A stretch of DNA of 64,000 nt from Octopus vulgaris (lineage: Eukaryota), in assembly GCA_951406725.2 (NCBI GenBank), contig OX597817.1, positions 140,492,001 to 140,556,000 on the forward strand, in the 5' to 3' direction. The notes beneath the pieces are model-generated. The model searched no databases and was not told where the DNA came from. It saw only the letters and a program-made list of their open reading frames with translations. The translations under genes were made by a program, and so were the position numbers. This document shows positions 18,118-32,090 of the stretch, piece after piece; positions within the stretch are counted from its first letter, which is position 1; the number at the start of each line of letters is the position of its first letter.

Positions 18118-19000
18118 AGTACAGCTAGAAACAGCTTCTCCTTGAAGTGTATTCTGCTGAAAGCAAAAATCTTTTCCAGGTTTACACATTTTAATAATTT
18201 GTCATATATCTTTATGAGATTTTTTCATAGATGGGTGAATTTCAAAAGATTTATCATCGCAAGCCCACACTGGTTTTGAATTTATATTTACGCTTCTATA
18301 AACCATATTGTCTCACTATTTTAATAGCAGAGCTAGGGGTAGCGTTCATATTTACTTTAGGCTTTTGCGAGGTTCGGAGATTTAAGTAGCTGGTATAGGT
18401 TTGGTGCCGTTAATGTTTGATTTGAAATGTTGTAAACCAGTCATTTAAGTGAAAATGCGGCTGGAGAATGTCTTCGAAGGATGAAGTTAACAGAAATATA
18501 GAGTTAAGTACGGAATCTCGAAGGTTGTGTGTAGCAATGGTTTGACGTGTATATAAAATAGTAGAGCACCCTTAAATTTAGAAAGCAAGGAACCCTGTTA
18601 TTAAGGCTAGAATACTCAATGTCTTCAGGTAAAATACAAACGAAGAGCGTACTGAAATAGAGGTCTACATTTCTGGAGAAGAAGAATGCTTAGTGTCAGG
18701 CCTGGAATGTAGAAAGCAGCTGGTTTAACAAGAAAAATAAAGCCCAAAGTGTAAGGTGGATTTGGAAGGAATATACAGATAGCTGAATGAGAGTCATTTA
18801 CAAGTGCCTGACAAGAAAAAGTTGGCTCAGTGAGCTAGGAATTGGTGTATGTTGATGAATAAAGCAGTGGTACCATCCCTGATGTGTGAGTCTTCAAATG
18901 TGTGTGTTAACTGAGTCAGTTTTTGTTCAAATCTCAACCATTTCCTCGACCTAAAGAAGAAAACTATTTTTGCGATACAACTTATGTAATGATTTATAGT

Positions 19001-19370
19001 GGAGGCGAAATGGCCCAGTGTTTAGGGCAGCGGACTCGCGATCATACGATCGCGGTTTCGATTCCCAGACCGGGCGTTGTGAGTGTTTATTGAGCGAAAG
19101 CACCTAAATCTCCACGAGGCTCCGTTAGGCGGGGTGGCGAACCCTGCTGTATTCTTTCACCACAACTTTCACTGTTCCTGTTTCTGTTGTATCTGTATTT
19201 CAAAGGGGCCAGCCTTGTCACACTCTGTCACGCCGAATCTCCCCGAGAACTACATTAAGGGTACACGTATCTGTGGAGTGCTCAGCCACTTGCACGTTAA
19301 TTTTACGAGCAGGCTGTTCCGTTGATCGGATCAACTGGAACCCTCGTCGTCGTAACCGACGGAGCGCCGC
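19001..19370 (+). mobile_element. tRNA-derived SINE, family A subtype 2
   Basis: Same head as 8592 but 3' half (TATTTCAAAGGG...CTCGTCGTCGTAACCGACGGAG) shared with family B. Confidence 0.88.
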
Positions 19371-20049
19371 TTAATGGTTTATACAGAAGGACGGCATCAG
19401 ATTTCAAAAATATTTATCTGTGAGTGTTGTGGATACGATTCTAGGTGTATGAGTTAGTATGAGTTTATAAAAGATAAGTAAAAGATGTGGATTAAAATAT
19501 TCTCTCGCTTCAAAAGAGAACCAACTGTGATATTGTCTTGGTCATGTAAGATGTTTGGATCTCCCTGATAGGTGATCGCAGGTTGCTGTGTCTAGCATCG
19601 TAGACTGAACTGTGGTTGGTTGAAGAGTTGAAAGAGAGAGGAAATAATGTGGGATTATACAGTGTTGTTACCTCGCATGTTAATGAAATATATCTTACCA
19701 TGATAACTACCGTTAGATGAAGTGGCTAACGAAGAACGGAATAAGTGTATTGCAGGCACAAGCTAATGTTTTTCGCAGAAAAGTGTCTGAAAATCCGTTG
19801 TGGATGGGCACTCAATGATTCCGGCAGCTGAGATTTGACTTTCCACTCCCCACTTCTCTCTCTCTCTTTCTCGATATGCATACACATATAACCGCACACA
19901 CACACACGTGTGTGTGTGTGTGTGTGTGTGTGGTGTATTCCTCTTAGCCATGCTACTTTGTAAGAATTTGTAGACTACAGGAGAGATCTTGTATATCTCA
20001 AGGGCCTTGAGTACCCAGTTACGTGGGTCACTATCAAACGCTTTCCTCT

Positions 20050-20830
20050 AGTTTATCAATGTTATACTAAGGTGCTTTGTTTTTCTCCTGAAATCATTTT
20101 ATTTATGAGTAATTGATCTTTGCATCCATAAGAATTCTTTTTACAACCTTTTTGAGTTTGTGGAAGGATTGATCTCTGTTCAAGGAAAGCGTTAATATGG
20201 ATGTGAAGAACTTGAAGATGTAATTGGTCGGTCGTTCTTTGGATTTTTTGTGTCTTCAATTTTTGGTACAAGGTGTGTTGTTCCTTCAGTCAATCAGGCA
20301 AGTATTTGCTCTGGGTTGTGGATGACATCAGTTGGGGATGCAGCAAAATATTGGTATACTTCTGTCAAACAATTCAGCCAGAAGTTAGGGATCCGGTCCA
20401 TTCCTGGGGTTTTCCATTTGTGAAACTTTCTAAGTTCTTCTACTCCTGTTCCTTCCCATTTCTGCTCTTCAACTTCATCCAATCTCACTTTCTCACGCTC
20501 TATCCAGTCAGTTTTAACGTTATGTTCTATTTTGTTGCTCCAGATCTTCTTCTAGAACTTTTCCATTTCCTCCGTCTTAGTTGCTTCCTTTACTTCTATC
20601 TTGTTTTTGCCAATTTCCCAATGAAATTTCTTTGCATCCGTCCTGAATGCCATTTTTTGTCGATAAAATTCGATTCTTTTGTCTTACCTTCTAAGCCGTT
20701 GGGCTTTCAGTTGTATTCGTGGTTTCACTAGTTCGTTGGTTTGACGTAGGTTTATAAAGTTTGCGATTTTATATTTTTGCTAGATTTTTCTAGCTTGTTT
20801 CGTCTTAACATTTACTCCGCTAGCAAGTTC
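20050..20830 (-). mobile_element. R4/Dong-like non-LTR retrotransposon, decayed RT N-terminal region
   Basis: WKTPGMDRIPNFWLNCL (ORF 20294-20488) and LPQTQKGCKKNSYGCKDQLLINKMI (ORF 20062-20271); adjacent (TTA)n at about 20835. Confidence 0.75.
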
Positions 20831-21099
20831 ATTTATTATTATTATTATTATTATTATAATTTTCATTAGCATCTATCAATTCCGTTTCCATTTCTTGCCG
20901 AGTGTCTTCCTCACACATAGGACAGAGAAAAGTGCTGTATACATTGATAGGCCAATAAAACAAGCACACGATATTGTTCATTTACAGAGTCATGTAATAG
21001 AGAAAAGGGGGAAGACAGAGAGTAAAAGGAAAAAATACAAAATTCGAAAAGTAAACAAATAAAATAAAGGTGGGTGGGGAAGCAAAATTCACAGTGACG

Positions 21100-21760
21100 A
21101 TGTTCTTCTTGATACGTGTCACATACCAGTTAAGACAACCTTTTGCACTTCTTGTATGGATGGTAAGCCAGGGATCATTCTTAAATAATTTTCAGTTCCT
21201 TTTTTTTATCATTCCAATTGCTCCTACAATCACTGGTGTTGTAACTGTCTTGAGATGCCACATCTTTTCCATTATCAAATTGTTATATTTTCTGAACTCG
21301 TCAAATTCTTTTTGCCGAGATATTATCGTCACAGGATATGCTCATGCCGATCAATAAATAGACTTTATTCTTTTGATCTTTCGCAACAATATCTGGTTTA
21401 TTTGCTTTGATGGTCCGGTATGTACATACTGGGAAGTCCCAAAGAATAGTTACATTTTCTCCCTCAGTTACAGCCTCAGGCGGTGTTCGTACCACTTGTC
21501 AGCAGTTTTGATTTTATAATATCGACACATTATCCAATATAGATATTGACCAACTCTGTCAAATCTTGATTTGTATTCTACAGGTGTTAAGACCTTCCAT
21601 CCGGAGATTAGGTGGTCCACTATTTCTATCTCATAGTTCCAGAATCGGCACTTTGGGTCAACACTATTTTTCATCACATTGGCTAGTTATTATTTTATGT
21701 TTGACTTTTGCTTTGTGTTTATACAAGTTGACTCCAAGTCTCACCCAGAGACCTCAAGAG
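21100..21760 (-). mobile_element. R4/Dong-like retrotransposon, zinc knuckle + REL endonuclease fragment
   Basis: KCRF...EIVDHLISG...EYKSR.DRVGQYLYW..C...KWYEH and VTILWDFPV.T.RTIKANKPDIV motifs; (TTA)n at about 21835. Confidence 0.8.
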
Positions 21761-21869
21761 ACAACAAATTAGAAGTTCATGTTGGTGTGATGCCTAGGGT
21801 GTCACATTCGAGTTACCTCTATTTCCAGGTCTCATTATTATTATTATTATTACTATTATTATTATTTAA

Positions 21870-22745
21870 ATATCACACAGTATCCAATATCATGATGTTG
21901 TTGAGTGAAGATATTATTTGTACCGGGCATTTGTACTTTCTGACAAATCATAACAAAGACCTCAGATAGTATTTTACGCAGTTCCAAGTAATGCAAATTT
22001 TTGCAGATCTCATGGAATAAATCCACTCAGCATTGTGGTTGTGGGAAAATTCTTTGCCCCAAATGTTATTCCAAAATTGGCAGGTTTCCTCTGCTTCTGG
22101 AGGTATATTATGTTCTGTATCTCCTACTAAGCTCTTACAAAACTGTCTCTGGTTATTTGAGAATAACCTCTTTTGATGGAACTGCGATATGCGATCAGTG
22201 TAGCGTTGCACCTTTAATGTATTTGTCTTCATACGTTGTTTTAGGATTTCGATAACAGTTTTGAACCCTTTCTTTTCTATTTGGCATTTCGCGTCAAGAT
22301 ATGCCCTTGCACCTTTTAGCATTTTCCCATTGCCCTTTGGACCATTCTGCTATGCGACTCAGATCTTTACGCAAAGTTTTAATATCGGCTTCAACTCTTC
22401 GCTTCCACCATGGCTCCTCTCCGTCTGCTTTCCTCTCTTTCTTTCCAACTAGTTCAGCAACTAAAACTGAAGCGGATCTGATCATGTCCCTTGTTTCCGT
22501 TTGATCTTTTGTCAGAATGTATTTCAGAATCTCTTCAACATTTTGTGTCGCGCGTTTCACATTGTTACAGTCGAAGCATCTTAAATTCCCCGGCGGCTTG
22601 GTCTCTGCTTTTGTAACTATTATATCCTCGAGTCTTGTTCTGGGGTTTCTCTTTCCCTCAGTCATATTCTCTTGTAATACACGGTTTTCTACATTACACT
22701 GACTGGCCGGCATTTCCTCTACTATAACCCCACCTTGCCTACGAA
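21870..22745 (-). mobile_element. R4/Dong-like retrotransposon N-terminal fragment (same family as 53830-54245)
   Basis: EEPWWKRRVEADIKTLRKDLSRI and LKVQRYTDRISQFHQKRLFSNNQRQF; 22360-22745 is highly similar to 53855-54245. Confidence 0.75.
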
Positions 22746-22765
22746 TTCAATGATTGGACGGCTTA

Positions 22766-22825
<60 letters not shown>

Positions 22826-24769
22826 ATTATTGGTAACAAAATCACATTTACTTGGTAACTTGTTGGCCCCTAGGGCGGTAACATTTCTTCGGGTTTCGAA
22901 GCAAAGAAACATTCAATAATCATTCTAAACATCTTCACAATTAATACACTTTTCTCCCTTTAAATAATGTTACACAGCTATGGAAGATGATAATTAGATG
23001 GTGTAATATCAGGACATGTGGGGTTTTGCGTTATCGTGAAAGAGCAACACCCCTTTCCCAGCTTTCCAGGGTTAAGTGGAGTTGGAAATACAATCCACGT
23101 TTACCAAAACTCACAAATCAAAGCTATTTCATATTTCTTTACTTTCAATATTTTAGAACCTTTCGAATAGTTCTTTTATTGAAGTCAAAGCGATGTTTCT
23201 GCTAGTTATTTTCGTTTTCAAATCGAATCCCTCCGAACTCAAAAGGGCTACTTTCGCGCTTAAATTACAGACAATTACTTTATAACATTCAATTTTCCTT
23301 GTAAATATTTAAAAGTTATTTCGCTAATCTCTGTAGATTTCTTTTCATATTTCAGTGTTGCATAAGATTCCATATTACTTAAAAAAACATGCACATAAGT
23401 ACACACACACACACACAATGATATGCAAATGCAAGATCCAAAAGATCCAGGTATAGGAAGTAAGCTTCAAGCAGTCCGTAGAAGGTATAATAATCATCTT
23501 CCAGGGACGGTAGTGGTTTATTGGCGTAGAAGGTTGTAAAGTTTTCCCGTATAGAAGTTCGATAAGCTGAAAAAAAACGTTTTGTTGTTGCTCACGGTTA
23601 GCAACTAGGGTTGCTATGTATGCGAATAAAAATCCAAATTGAAGGAATAGATCAGGAAAAATCCAGGCTACACATGTTTCCTAGCTAGCAGAACCTCGGA
23701 AATAATAATTACTCAACGATGGTTACATTATCGTCAAGGGATCGCAAGTTTACTCGCTGGAGATTTCGATCAAATCTCTAGTATTTATGCATGTATATAT
23801 TTATATCAAATACGACAGAATGCCCATTCCCAGACTATATCCCACACGTTTGAAGAAAGATGTGTTAATTTCTCCTTCTTTACTGTTCCCCATGATTAAT
23901 AGCGAACTAGTAATATATTCTTATCGACAAGCAAATATTTATATGTTGTGATTATTTTCAAAACGCCATTTGTATTACGATCATATATTTCGGTATTTGA
24001 GAATGATGCTGTGGCTACTGTCATACATCTAAAACGTATCTTATTTCATGTGAGATGGCGCCAAGTGTAAATCAATTTTGTTATTGTTGTTGTTACTTCC
24101 ATTATTTTACCTAAATAGGTTTTGAATGTTAGTTAATGACTTTGCTTCTTATCCAGTTTCATGTTGAGGGAATGGCAAATCGCGAGTAAAGTAGATGCTA
24201 TGTTGTCTACTTAGCCTGGCTGCTACTTTCAACGATGTTGTTGCCAACTATGATTAAAGATTCACTGATTTAAGTGGAAATTCACTGAAATCTCGATCCT
24301 TCAAGACGTTTGATGTTTGACGCGGTGTTTAATCGTATGCTTTTTGTTTTTGTTTTTTTTAATGTCAAAAACAAACAGCAAATATAAAACAGTGTACGTC
24401 ATGCAAAGAGGGTGAGAGCAAGAGTGAGGAAGAGAGACAGGCTGACAGACAGAAAGAGAGGTGGGAGAAGGAGAATGGGATAACAGGATGCCCAAAAAGA
24501 TAAACAGACAGATAAACAGGCAGATAAATTTAGATAGACAGATAGAAAGAGAGAGAGAGAAAGATGGAAGAAAATGAGGTAGATGACAGGAAAGCGGGAT
24601 AGATAGACATTTAGAGAGAGAGAGAGAGAGAGAGGAAGGAAAAGTGAGCTAGAGATATGCATGGAAAGATACAGAGAAAGAGAGGGAGAGAGAGAAAGAG
24701 TGAGATAGAGAACTTCTATGTAAATCTGATCGACAAACATACTTTAATTTGTGTGCACACAAAACTCAC

Positions 24770-24823
<54 letters not shown>

Positions 24824-26429
24824 GAAATGAAGAAAATGCTGACAAAATACTTTAATTTGTGTGCACACAAAACTCACGTATATATATATATATATATATA
24901 TTATAAATACGTGTGTGTGAGAGAGAGAGATAGAGTGTGTGTGTATGTGTGTAGTTGTTCAAGAATCCATAAATCAGGAAAATATGTACCCATATTTGTC
25001 AATAGAATTGGTGTATTAATCAGTGTTTAGTATTATATACCAATTAAGGCCAACTTTACCAATCAGCTTTGCATTGCGTGTTAAACCGGGTGTTAGATAA
25101 CAGCTCGGTTATATAATAACATGTATTCGTCACAGGTAGCAGACATGGGACAAAAAGTAATGTACCTGCTCTTTGTTACTGGAGGTAAAAAGACCGCATA
25201 TGGCTTTTGGATGCTGTGAAAAAAGAGAAAACGAACGAAAAAAACGGTCTTATAAAGAGTTATGTACCTTGGCTTTAAAGATTTCTGAGATGCTGTAAGC
25301 TTATAAAAGTTCTCTGAAAATGTGTGTAAAGATTGGTGAATGCATTCGTGTAGGGTTGTTATGTGTAGTGTTTTGACGAGGGATGAAGTGCTGTGCGAGA
25401 GCCCGAACGCTTAAGAATTTTAATCATACGCGATGGACTGCAGGTTCCATGCTCTGATTGTGCAGTAAGCGGGCGGGCTTGCATAGTCGGCGATCCGGCG
25501 CCTTCAGGCTCCATTGATATGTATAAACCGTGTGGTACAGCGCGAACAGAGACGAGAAGGAAACGTTAAGAAACGTTTCACGGGAAAGGGAGATAAATGT
25601 TACTTCCCTTTACCCCGTAAATGAAGAATATTATTAATATTGATGATTAAATCAAAAAAATAAAATAAAAGTGGCGGTAGTTGAATGGGGAAAGGGTGAA
25701 GTATGTTAAGCTGTCTAATCCGGGGAAATGAGGGCTTTCAGTTCGATAACAGAAGCTGGTGGAGATGCATACATTTTGTAAACGTTTCTGATCTCGAGAT
25801 TAGAAGGTCAGTGCACTTCTTCAATTTGTATTTCTGCCATAGAGAGCGCACACTTTTATGACCCATTAGTGTAAAACCTTGTTTTCTCAACAAATTTCTA
25901 CCTACTAATGTATGACATATTGCAGTCCTTCGAGTTGCATATATGACTTGCTAGCTTTGTGCTTTTCCATTTGTCTAAGTGTTTGAAATAACGGTGATTG
26001 TTGCTGCATCTGTTTTTGAAGTCACTTTCCCCACAGACCAACATTTGTTTTGCTTTTCGCTTCCTTTATTTGGCGGATCAGAGGTGACTTTGGCTTTGTA
26101 GACGACTGAGGTAACCATACATGCTTATTCTACTTAGCCAGTAACTTGGTTGCTGTTTGTGTCAGTCTAAAGCATACTTTTGGGTTGACTTACGTGAGAT
26201 GATGCTTTGCAAATCAGGCTAACAATTGTGAGAAACTTTCACAGAGTATCAACTGATTATTTCTTACATCTATACCTACCCAGAATATGTTTGTCCACCA
26301 AAACTAGGAATTCGTTACCAACATTAGTCCAAAATTTCAAGGGTAGTGGTGGAGGGAACCATATAACTTTACTAAATCTATTTTAAAGCTGGGTTCTTGT
26401 TTATACTATATCCCCTTTTAAAGTAGTCG

Positions 26430-26515
26430 GTGAGGGTGCTACTGTGGTAAGGAGCTGCCTTATCAAAACTTGCTTCTGAGGAAGAGTGGTTTGTGATCCT
26501 GTTCCTAACGCCCGT
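26430..26515 (-). mobile_element. Penelope-like element RT C-terminal protein fragment
   Basis: GVRNRITNHSSSEASFDKAAPYHSSTL resembles the PLE motif I.RRIS.LSS....F..A.PYY..AL..SG (recalled family knowledge, not searched). Confidence 0.55.
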
Positions 26516-26662
26516 CTTATCACTGCACAATCCAAACATGAAACTTGAAATATCCATAAATAACCCCTCTCTTAAAAGACAAAACAAAACAGTGACATAC
26601 ATACATACATACATAGATACTTACATACATACATACATACTCATATATTCGTTGTGTGGATG

Positions 26663-26903
<241 letters not shown>

Positions 26904-26906
<3 letters not shown>

Positions 26907-27069
26907 GTTTACGAAAAAAACAAACGACGAAGACAGGCGGTGTACAAGACAAACAGATGTATTAGTATAACGCTCAGGAATAGAAAAAGTCTTTTACGTT
27001 TCGAGCCTACGCTCTTCTACAGAAAGGGACACAGAAAAAACAAGGAGAGAAAAAAGGAGAGGAAAAAAG
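26904..27069 (-). mobile_element. Dispersed ~160-bp module with a minimal HHR-like motif (26991-27026)
   Basis: Near-identical to the 14061 copy; abuts (GATA)n. Confidence 0.75.
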
Positions 27070-27179
27070 GATGTGTGTGTATGTGTGCGTATATATATAA
27101 TGTACAAGCCAGAGTAAGCACATAAACGTGAAACAAAGTGAGAAAAGATAGTACTCGAATACGGAGGTAGAGTAATGTG

Positions 27180-27296
27180 CTTTATTAGTTAAGCTGCAAA
27201 ACATCACAAAACTGTGCTACTCAGTTTCCGTTCGTCTGGAACGTGAAACTCTGAGTAACAGTTTTTAGTGGTGTTTTCGCAGCTTTAATAATAAAG
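27180..27296. repeat. Imperfect fold-back with HHR remnant
   Basis: Arms 27180-27233 and 27239-27296; right arm has GAAACTCTGAGTA (27245-27257). Confidence 0.7.
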
Positions 27297-27421
27297 TGTA
27301 TATATGTATATACCAAATAATAATAATAAGATAAAGAAAATTCTTTAACACCTCTTTAATAGTTCGTTGCAATTGTTACTGTACCAACTCTGCTTGCAAC
27401 GCCAGGTTACGCAGACATTCG

Positions 27422-27479
27422 AATATGTATGTATACATATATATATGTGTGTGTATGTGTGTGTATATATACACATATG

Positions 27480-27517
<38 letters not shown>

Positions 27518-27541
27518 CGTGTGTATATGTATGTATATATG

Positions 27542-27584
<43 letters not shown>

Positions 27585-27587
27585 ATG

Positions 27588-27618
<31 letters not shown>

Positions 27619-27706
27619 ATATGTATGTATGTATTTATATATGTATATGTATGTATTTATATATGTATATGTATGTATGTATTTATATATGTATATGTAT
27701 ATATGT

Positions 27707-27738
<32 letters not shown>

Positions 27739-27739
27739 G

Positions 27740-27784
<45 letters not shown>

Positions 27785-27860
27785 ATATATATATATGTAC
27801 ATATATATGTATATATATGTATGTAGATATAGTTACATATATACACGCACATACACACGC
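27422..27860. repeat. Degenerate (TA)n/(TG)n/(TATATG)n tract
   Basis: Directly visible. Confidence 0.95.
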
Positions 27861-28173
27861 AACATATGTGTGTAGCATGATTAAGCACCCAGCTGGTTTT
27901 ATAGTTCTAAATTTGTTTACTGTAGACATAAATGTGTATTTATATGCATAGATATGTATTTATTGTTTCATTTCATATTCTTATTTGGAATTGGACCGAA
28001 ACCATGCAGCAGGAGCTGTCGATAATGACTTGTGTACTGTTCAGGTTCTGGTTCATGTGTGTGTTTGTATGTGAGTGTGTGTGCGCGTGTGTCTGTGGTG
28101 GAACGTGTGTGTATGTACATATGTATGTGTGGAAGTTTACACGCCTATATCTATCTATCTAGCTAGCTAGCTA

Positions 28174-28214
<41 letters not shown>

Positions 28215-28544
28215 CACGATGCTCATATGATATGCACGCCCATAAAACGATAAGAGTTCACCTATATCTGACTTGCATATCTCTATTTGTATACAGGAAT
28301 TTTTCATAGATATTTTTTTAGAGGAAATATAGAAAGCCAAACTTTTCCTCATATACTAATATGCACTAGTATTCACACAAACACACTTATGTACACAATC
28401 ATATACACGCATACATGGAATCTATAATTCACGAGAAGTTGTTTTCTGATACGAGATCATCTCAGGGTGTATGTGATAATTGAATATAAATACGATATTA
28501 ATATAAATATCATATTTATATATCACACATTTTCACAGACACTC

Positions 28545-30448
28545 CGTTACACGCATGCAACGTGTTGAACTCCACCTCCGTCACTAATGATGACGTCATA
28601 ATGTCTGTTCCACAGCACACTGAAATACCGGAACCAACATTCCTGGAAGTGGTAAACTCTATAAAACTGATCTCTTCTGGTAAAGCGCCTGTCCCTCTTG
28701 AAATCTTCAAGCATGGTGGACAGAAGCTTTTTAAGAAACTGCATGACCTCTTCATAAACATCTTGAAGGTAGGCCGTGTGCCACAGGACTTCAAGGATGC
28801 TTCAATTCAACATCTTTATAAGAACAAAGGCAACAGAAGTGTCTGTGATAATTATTGTGGAATATCGCTTCTGTCTATTGCTGGTAAGATTCTTGCTCGA
28901 CTCATTCTTGACAAGATCATCAAACACGTTGTAAATGATATCTATCCAGAATCACAATGCGGATTTCGCCCTGGTCGTGGCGCTATCGACATGATCTTTT
29001 CCTTTCCTCAGGTCATGGAGAAGGCACGTGAAAGAAATCAAGAGCTGTTCATCGTTGATTTTACTAAAGCCTTCGACACTGTTAACCGACAAACACTCTG
29101 GAAAGTTCTGAAAAAGCTTGGGTATACCTGACAAGATGTTGAATGTTATCATCTACTTTCATGGGGGAATGAAGGCTGCTGTCGTGTCCGGTGGGGAATT
29201 TTTGGCTTCCTTCGACGTTACAAATGTCACAAAGCAAGGTTGTATTATGTCCCCTGTTTTGTTTGCACTCTTCTTTTCAGTGATGCTGAGGTATGCTTTT
29301 GGCGACATACAAAATGGTGTCAAATTCCTGTTCCGAACAAGGGGTAGACTATTCAATCATCAGCGTGTTTCAAAGCCAGAACACTACTACGCACCAGTAT
29401 CATTCGTGATCTACTTTTTGCAGATGCTGCTGCACTAGTAGCAACTTCTGTAGAGGAAGCTCAGACAACTCTGGACCGTTTTTCTGCTGCATGTAAGGTC
29501 TTTTGGTTTGACCATCAGCATAAAGAAGACGGAAATAATCCACCTACCTTTGCCCTACTCCAAAACAAATTCGTGGTGTCAAGCAGAGGCCACCGGTTCA
29601 CAATTTTCCTGACATTCCTATGCAGGTTAATTGGAAAAGCCTAAATTATGTGAAGTCATTTACATATCTTGGTAGTAAAGGGAATTCGAGCTCTTCCGTT
29701 GATGATTAAATCGTCAACCGTTTTACAAGGGCAACCAACGCATTTGGCCAACTCCGTCATCGCCTGTGGAATGAAAGGGGCCTCTAACTTGACGCCAAAG
29801 TACAGGTCTATAAAGTTGCCATTCTTACTACTCTCTTGTATGGCTCAGAATCGTGGATACCCTATAGACGACACATCGATCAATTAGACATCTCCCGAAA
29901 AGGCTGTCACTAAAAGACAGAGTTTCCAATGCCGACCTGTTTAGCAAGTGTGAGATTGGTGGAATCGAGAGCTTCCTTATGCAGTCACAATTGTGCTAGG
30001 CTGGCCATGTCGGCAGAATGAGTGACGAAGGAATACCCAAAGTCCTTATGTACATCCAGCTTGAGAGTGAGCACAAGAATGTTGGTCAACCATTGCTCAG
30101 ATATAAGGACAAGCTGAGGAGTAACCTCTGAGTGATGAATTTAGCTCACAAAAAATTTGAGCGAACGGCCTTGGAATGAACAAAATGGAGATCGTTGTGT
30201 CAAAATGGCATTGATAACTTTAACTTTGTTGCAACCAGCATTAACAGGCTTCGGGATGCAAGGCAAAGGAGAAAAGCGGCAGCAAGTATACCCCATGCAC
30301 TGACCTGTAATCCTCATACTTGCAACATCTGTGGCCTTCTTTGCAAATCGTTGGTGGGACTTAAATGTGACATTCAACATAAGCATTATGACTGACAAAG
30401 AAAGAGTACGTTGTCGGAGCCTCATACGTCGAAACCGACAGGAGGGTA

Positions 30449-30452
<4 letters not shown>
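28545..30452 (+). mobile_element. Decayed, 5'-truncated RTE-clade (BovB-like) LINE
   Basis: SGKAP..LEIFKHGG, VPQDFKDASIQHLYKNKGNRSVCDNY.GISLLSIAGKILAR, PESQCGFRPGRGAIDMIF, DFTKAFDTVNR, KQGCIMSPVLF, LLFADAA; C-terminal C2H2-like HTCNICGLLCKS; multiple frameshifts; ends CATCA(TA)n. Confidence 0.9.
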
Positions 30453-30487
<35 letters not shown>

Positions 30488-30577
30488 ACACATACATATA
30501 TATGCACATAGTATATATACACACAGATAAATATGATATATCCATCCAAATGCGTATTACTGAATTTGACCGCAGAC

Positions 30578-30640
30578 GTTTAGATTGCTGCTCTGAACTG
30601 TGGTCACCACACAGCGTAAGATTGACGACTGAACTGGAAG
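30578..30640 (+). mobile_element. Tiny CR1-group LINE fragment
   Basis: LDCCSELWSPHSVRLTTELE matches FDYCSQLWSPSSVKLITELE in ORF 2967-5096. Confidence 0.6.
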
Positions 30641-30739
30641 TGTGTGTGATTATAAAATATCCCGGAAACAGCTGTAAGACCTATTTATAAATGTTCTGAA
30701 ATCTTTAAAGCCTTGGATGATTTTTATCTCATTCTGTTA

Positions 30740-30795
<56 letters not shown>

Positions 30796-30838
30796 GTGTG
30801 TGTGTGTAGCTATATATACTCACAGAACATAAGGTGTG

Positions 30839-30905
<67 letters not shown>

Positions 30906-31300
30906 TCATACATACATATACACACATACATACACACACATATGTATATGAACACAGTTCTAATTTAACAATCAGCTCGTCTGATGTAACCTAACAAGTA
31001 ACAGTAAGAACTATTTTTATTCTTTATTCTTTATTGATTTGTTAGACGTCAGACAATAATCACTACACAACACCGCTGATAACCGATATCGCTATAGCAG
31101 ATAATCAACGTATCACATTCGTGGAGCTTTTAGACAGATTATCACACTTTTGTCAGTAATTACGACAGCTTTACTTTTATTATTGTAGGATATCAGGCAG
31201 GTAATGTAATATCACTCGAGTAACTAATAGTTTTGTGTGGTTCCCATCAACGTGTCATCATCGTGAATTATGTCTGATACATCAGCCCAATTTTCTAAAG

Positions 31301-31349
<49 letters not shown>

Positions 31350-31375
31350 ACATTTGTTGCCTTGGTTTTGACACC

Positions 31376-31615
31376 TCATCATCACCAGCATCACTGCCAT
31401 GATCATCTTCATTATCAAACCATCGTCTCGAACGTCACCGTCGTTGTCATCATCATCATCATCATCATTACCTACAGCATAATCCTCTTTATCATCATCA
31501 TCATCATCATCATCCTGACCATCTGCAGCGTTGTCATTATTGTCATCAAAATCATCATGGTCGCCATCACCGTCTCTCTTATTATACTCGTCCTCGTCGT
31601 CTCTATTCTCGTCAC
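31376..31615. repeat. Degenerate (ATC)n trinucleotide repeat
   Basis: Directly visible; produces the spurious Asp-rich ORF 31224-31646. Confidence 0.9.
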
Positions 31616-31671
31616 AAACGTTATATTCTTGCTTGATTCCATCCATATACAGCCATAAGCTAATTCTTTAA

Positions 31672-32090
31672 TACCTATTTCTTTACTACCCACAAGGGGC
31701 TAAACACAGAGAGGACAAACAAGGACAGACAAACGGATTAAGTCGATTATATTGACCCCAGTGCGTAACTGGTACTTATTTAATCGACCCCGAAAGGATG
31801 AAAGGCAAAGTCGACCTCGGCGGAATTTGAACTCATAACGTAACGCAGACGAAATACCTATATTTCTTTATTACCCACAAGGGGCTAAACACAGTAGGGA
31901 CAAACAAGGACAGACATAGGTATTAAGTCGATTACATCGACCCCAATGCGTAACTGGTACTTATTTAATCGACCCCGAAAGGATGAAAGGCAAAGTCGAC
32001 CTCGGCGGAATTTGAACTCACAACGTAACGCAGACGAAATACCGCTAAGCATTTCGCCCGGCGTGCTAACGTTTCTGCCAGCTCGCCGCC
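31672..32090 (-). mobile_element. Family C SINE with tandem duplication of its 3' ~185 bp, inside one target-site duplication
   Basis: 31677-31860 repeats 31861-32045; TAATTCTTTAA at 31661-31671 and 32091-32101. Confidence 0.85.

Noticed and set aside
16300-18950. Possible highly decayed LINE remnants (also about 25050-25600, 33700-33960, 58000-58700)
   Set aside because: Only faint motif echoes with no continuous frame; cannot be assigned without an HMM search.
31224-31646. Asp-rich 140-aa ORF resembling an acidic biomineralisation protein
   Set aside because: Lies on a degenerate (ATC)n microsatellite and runs into (TG)n; no signal peptide or splice support.
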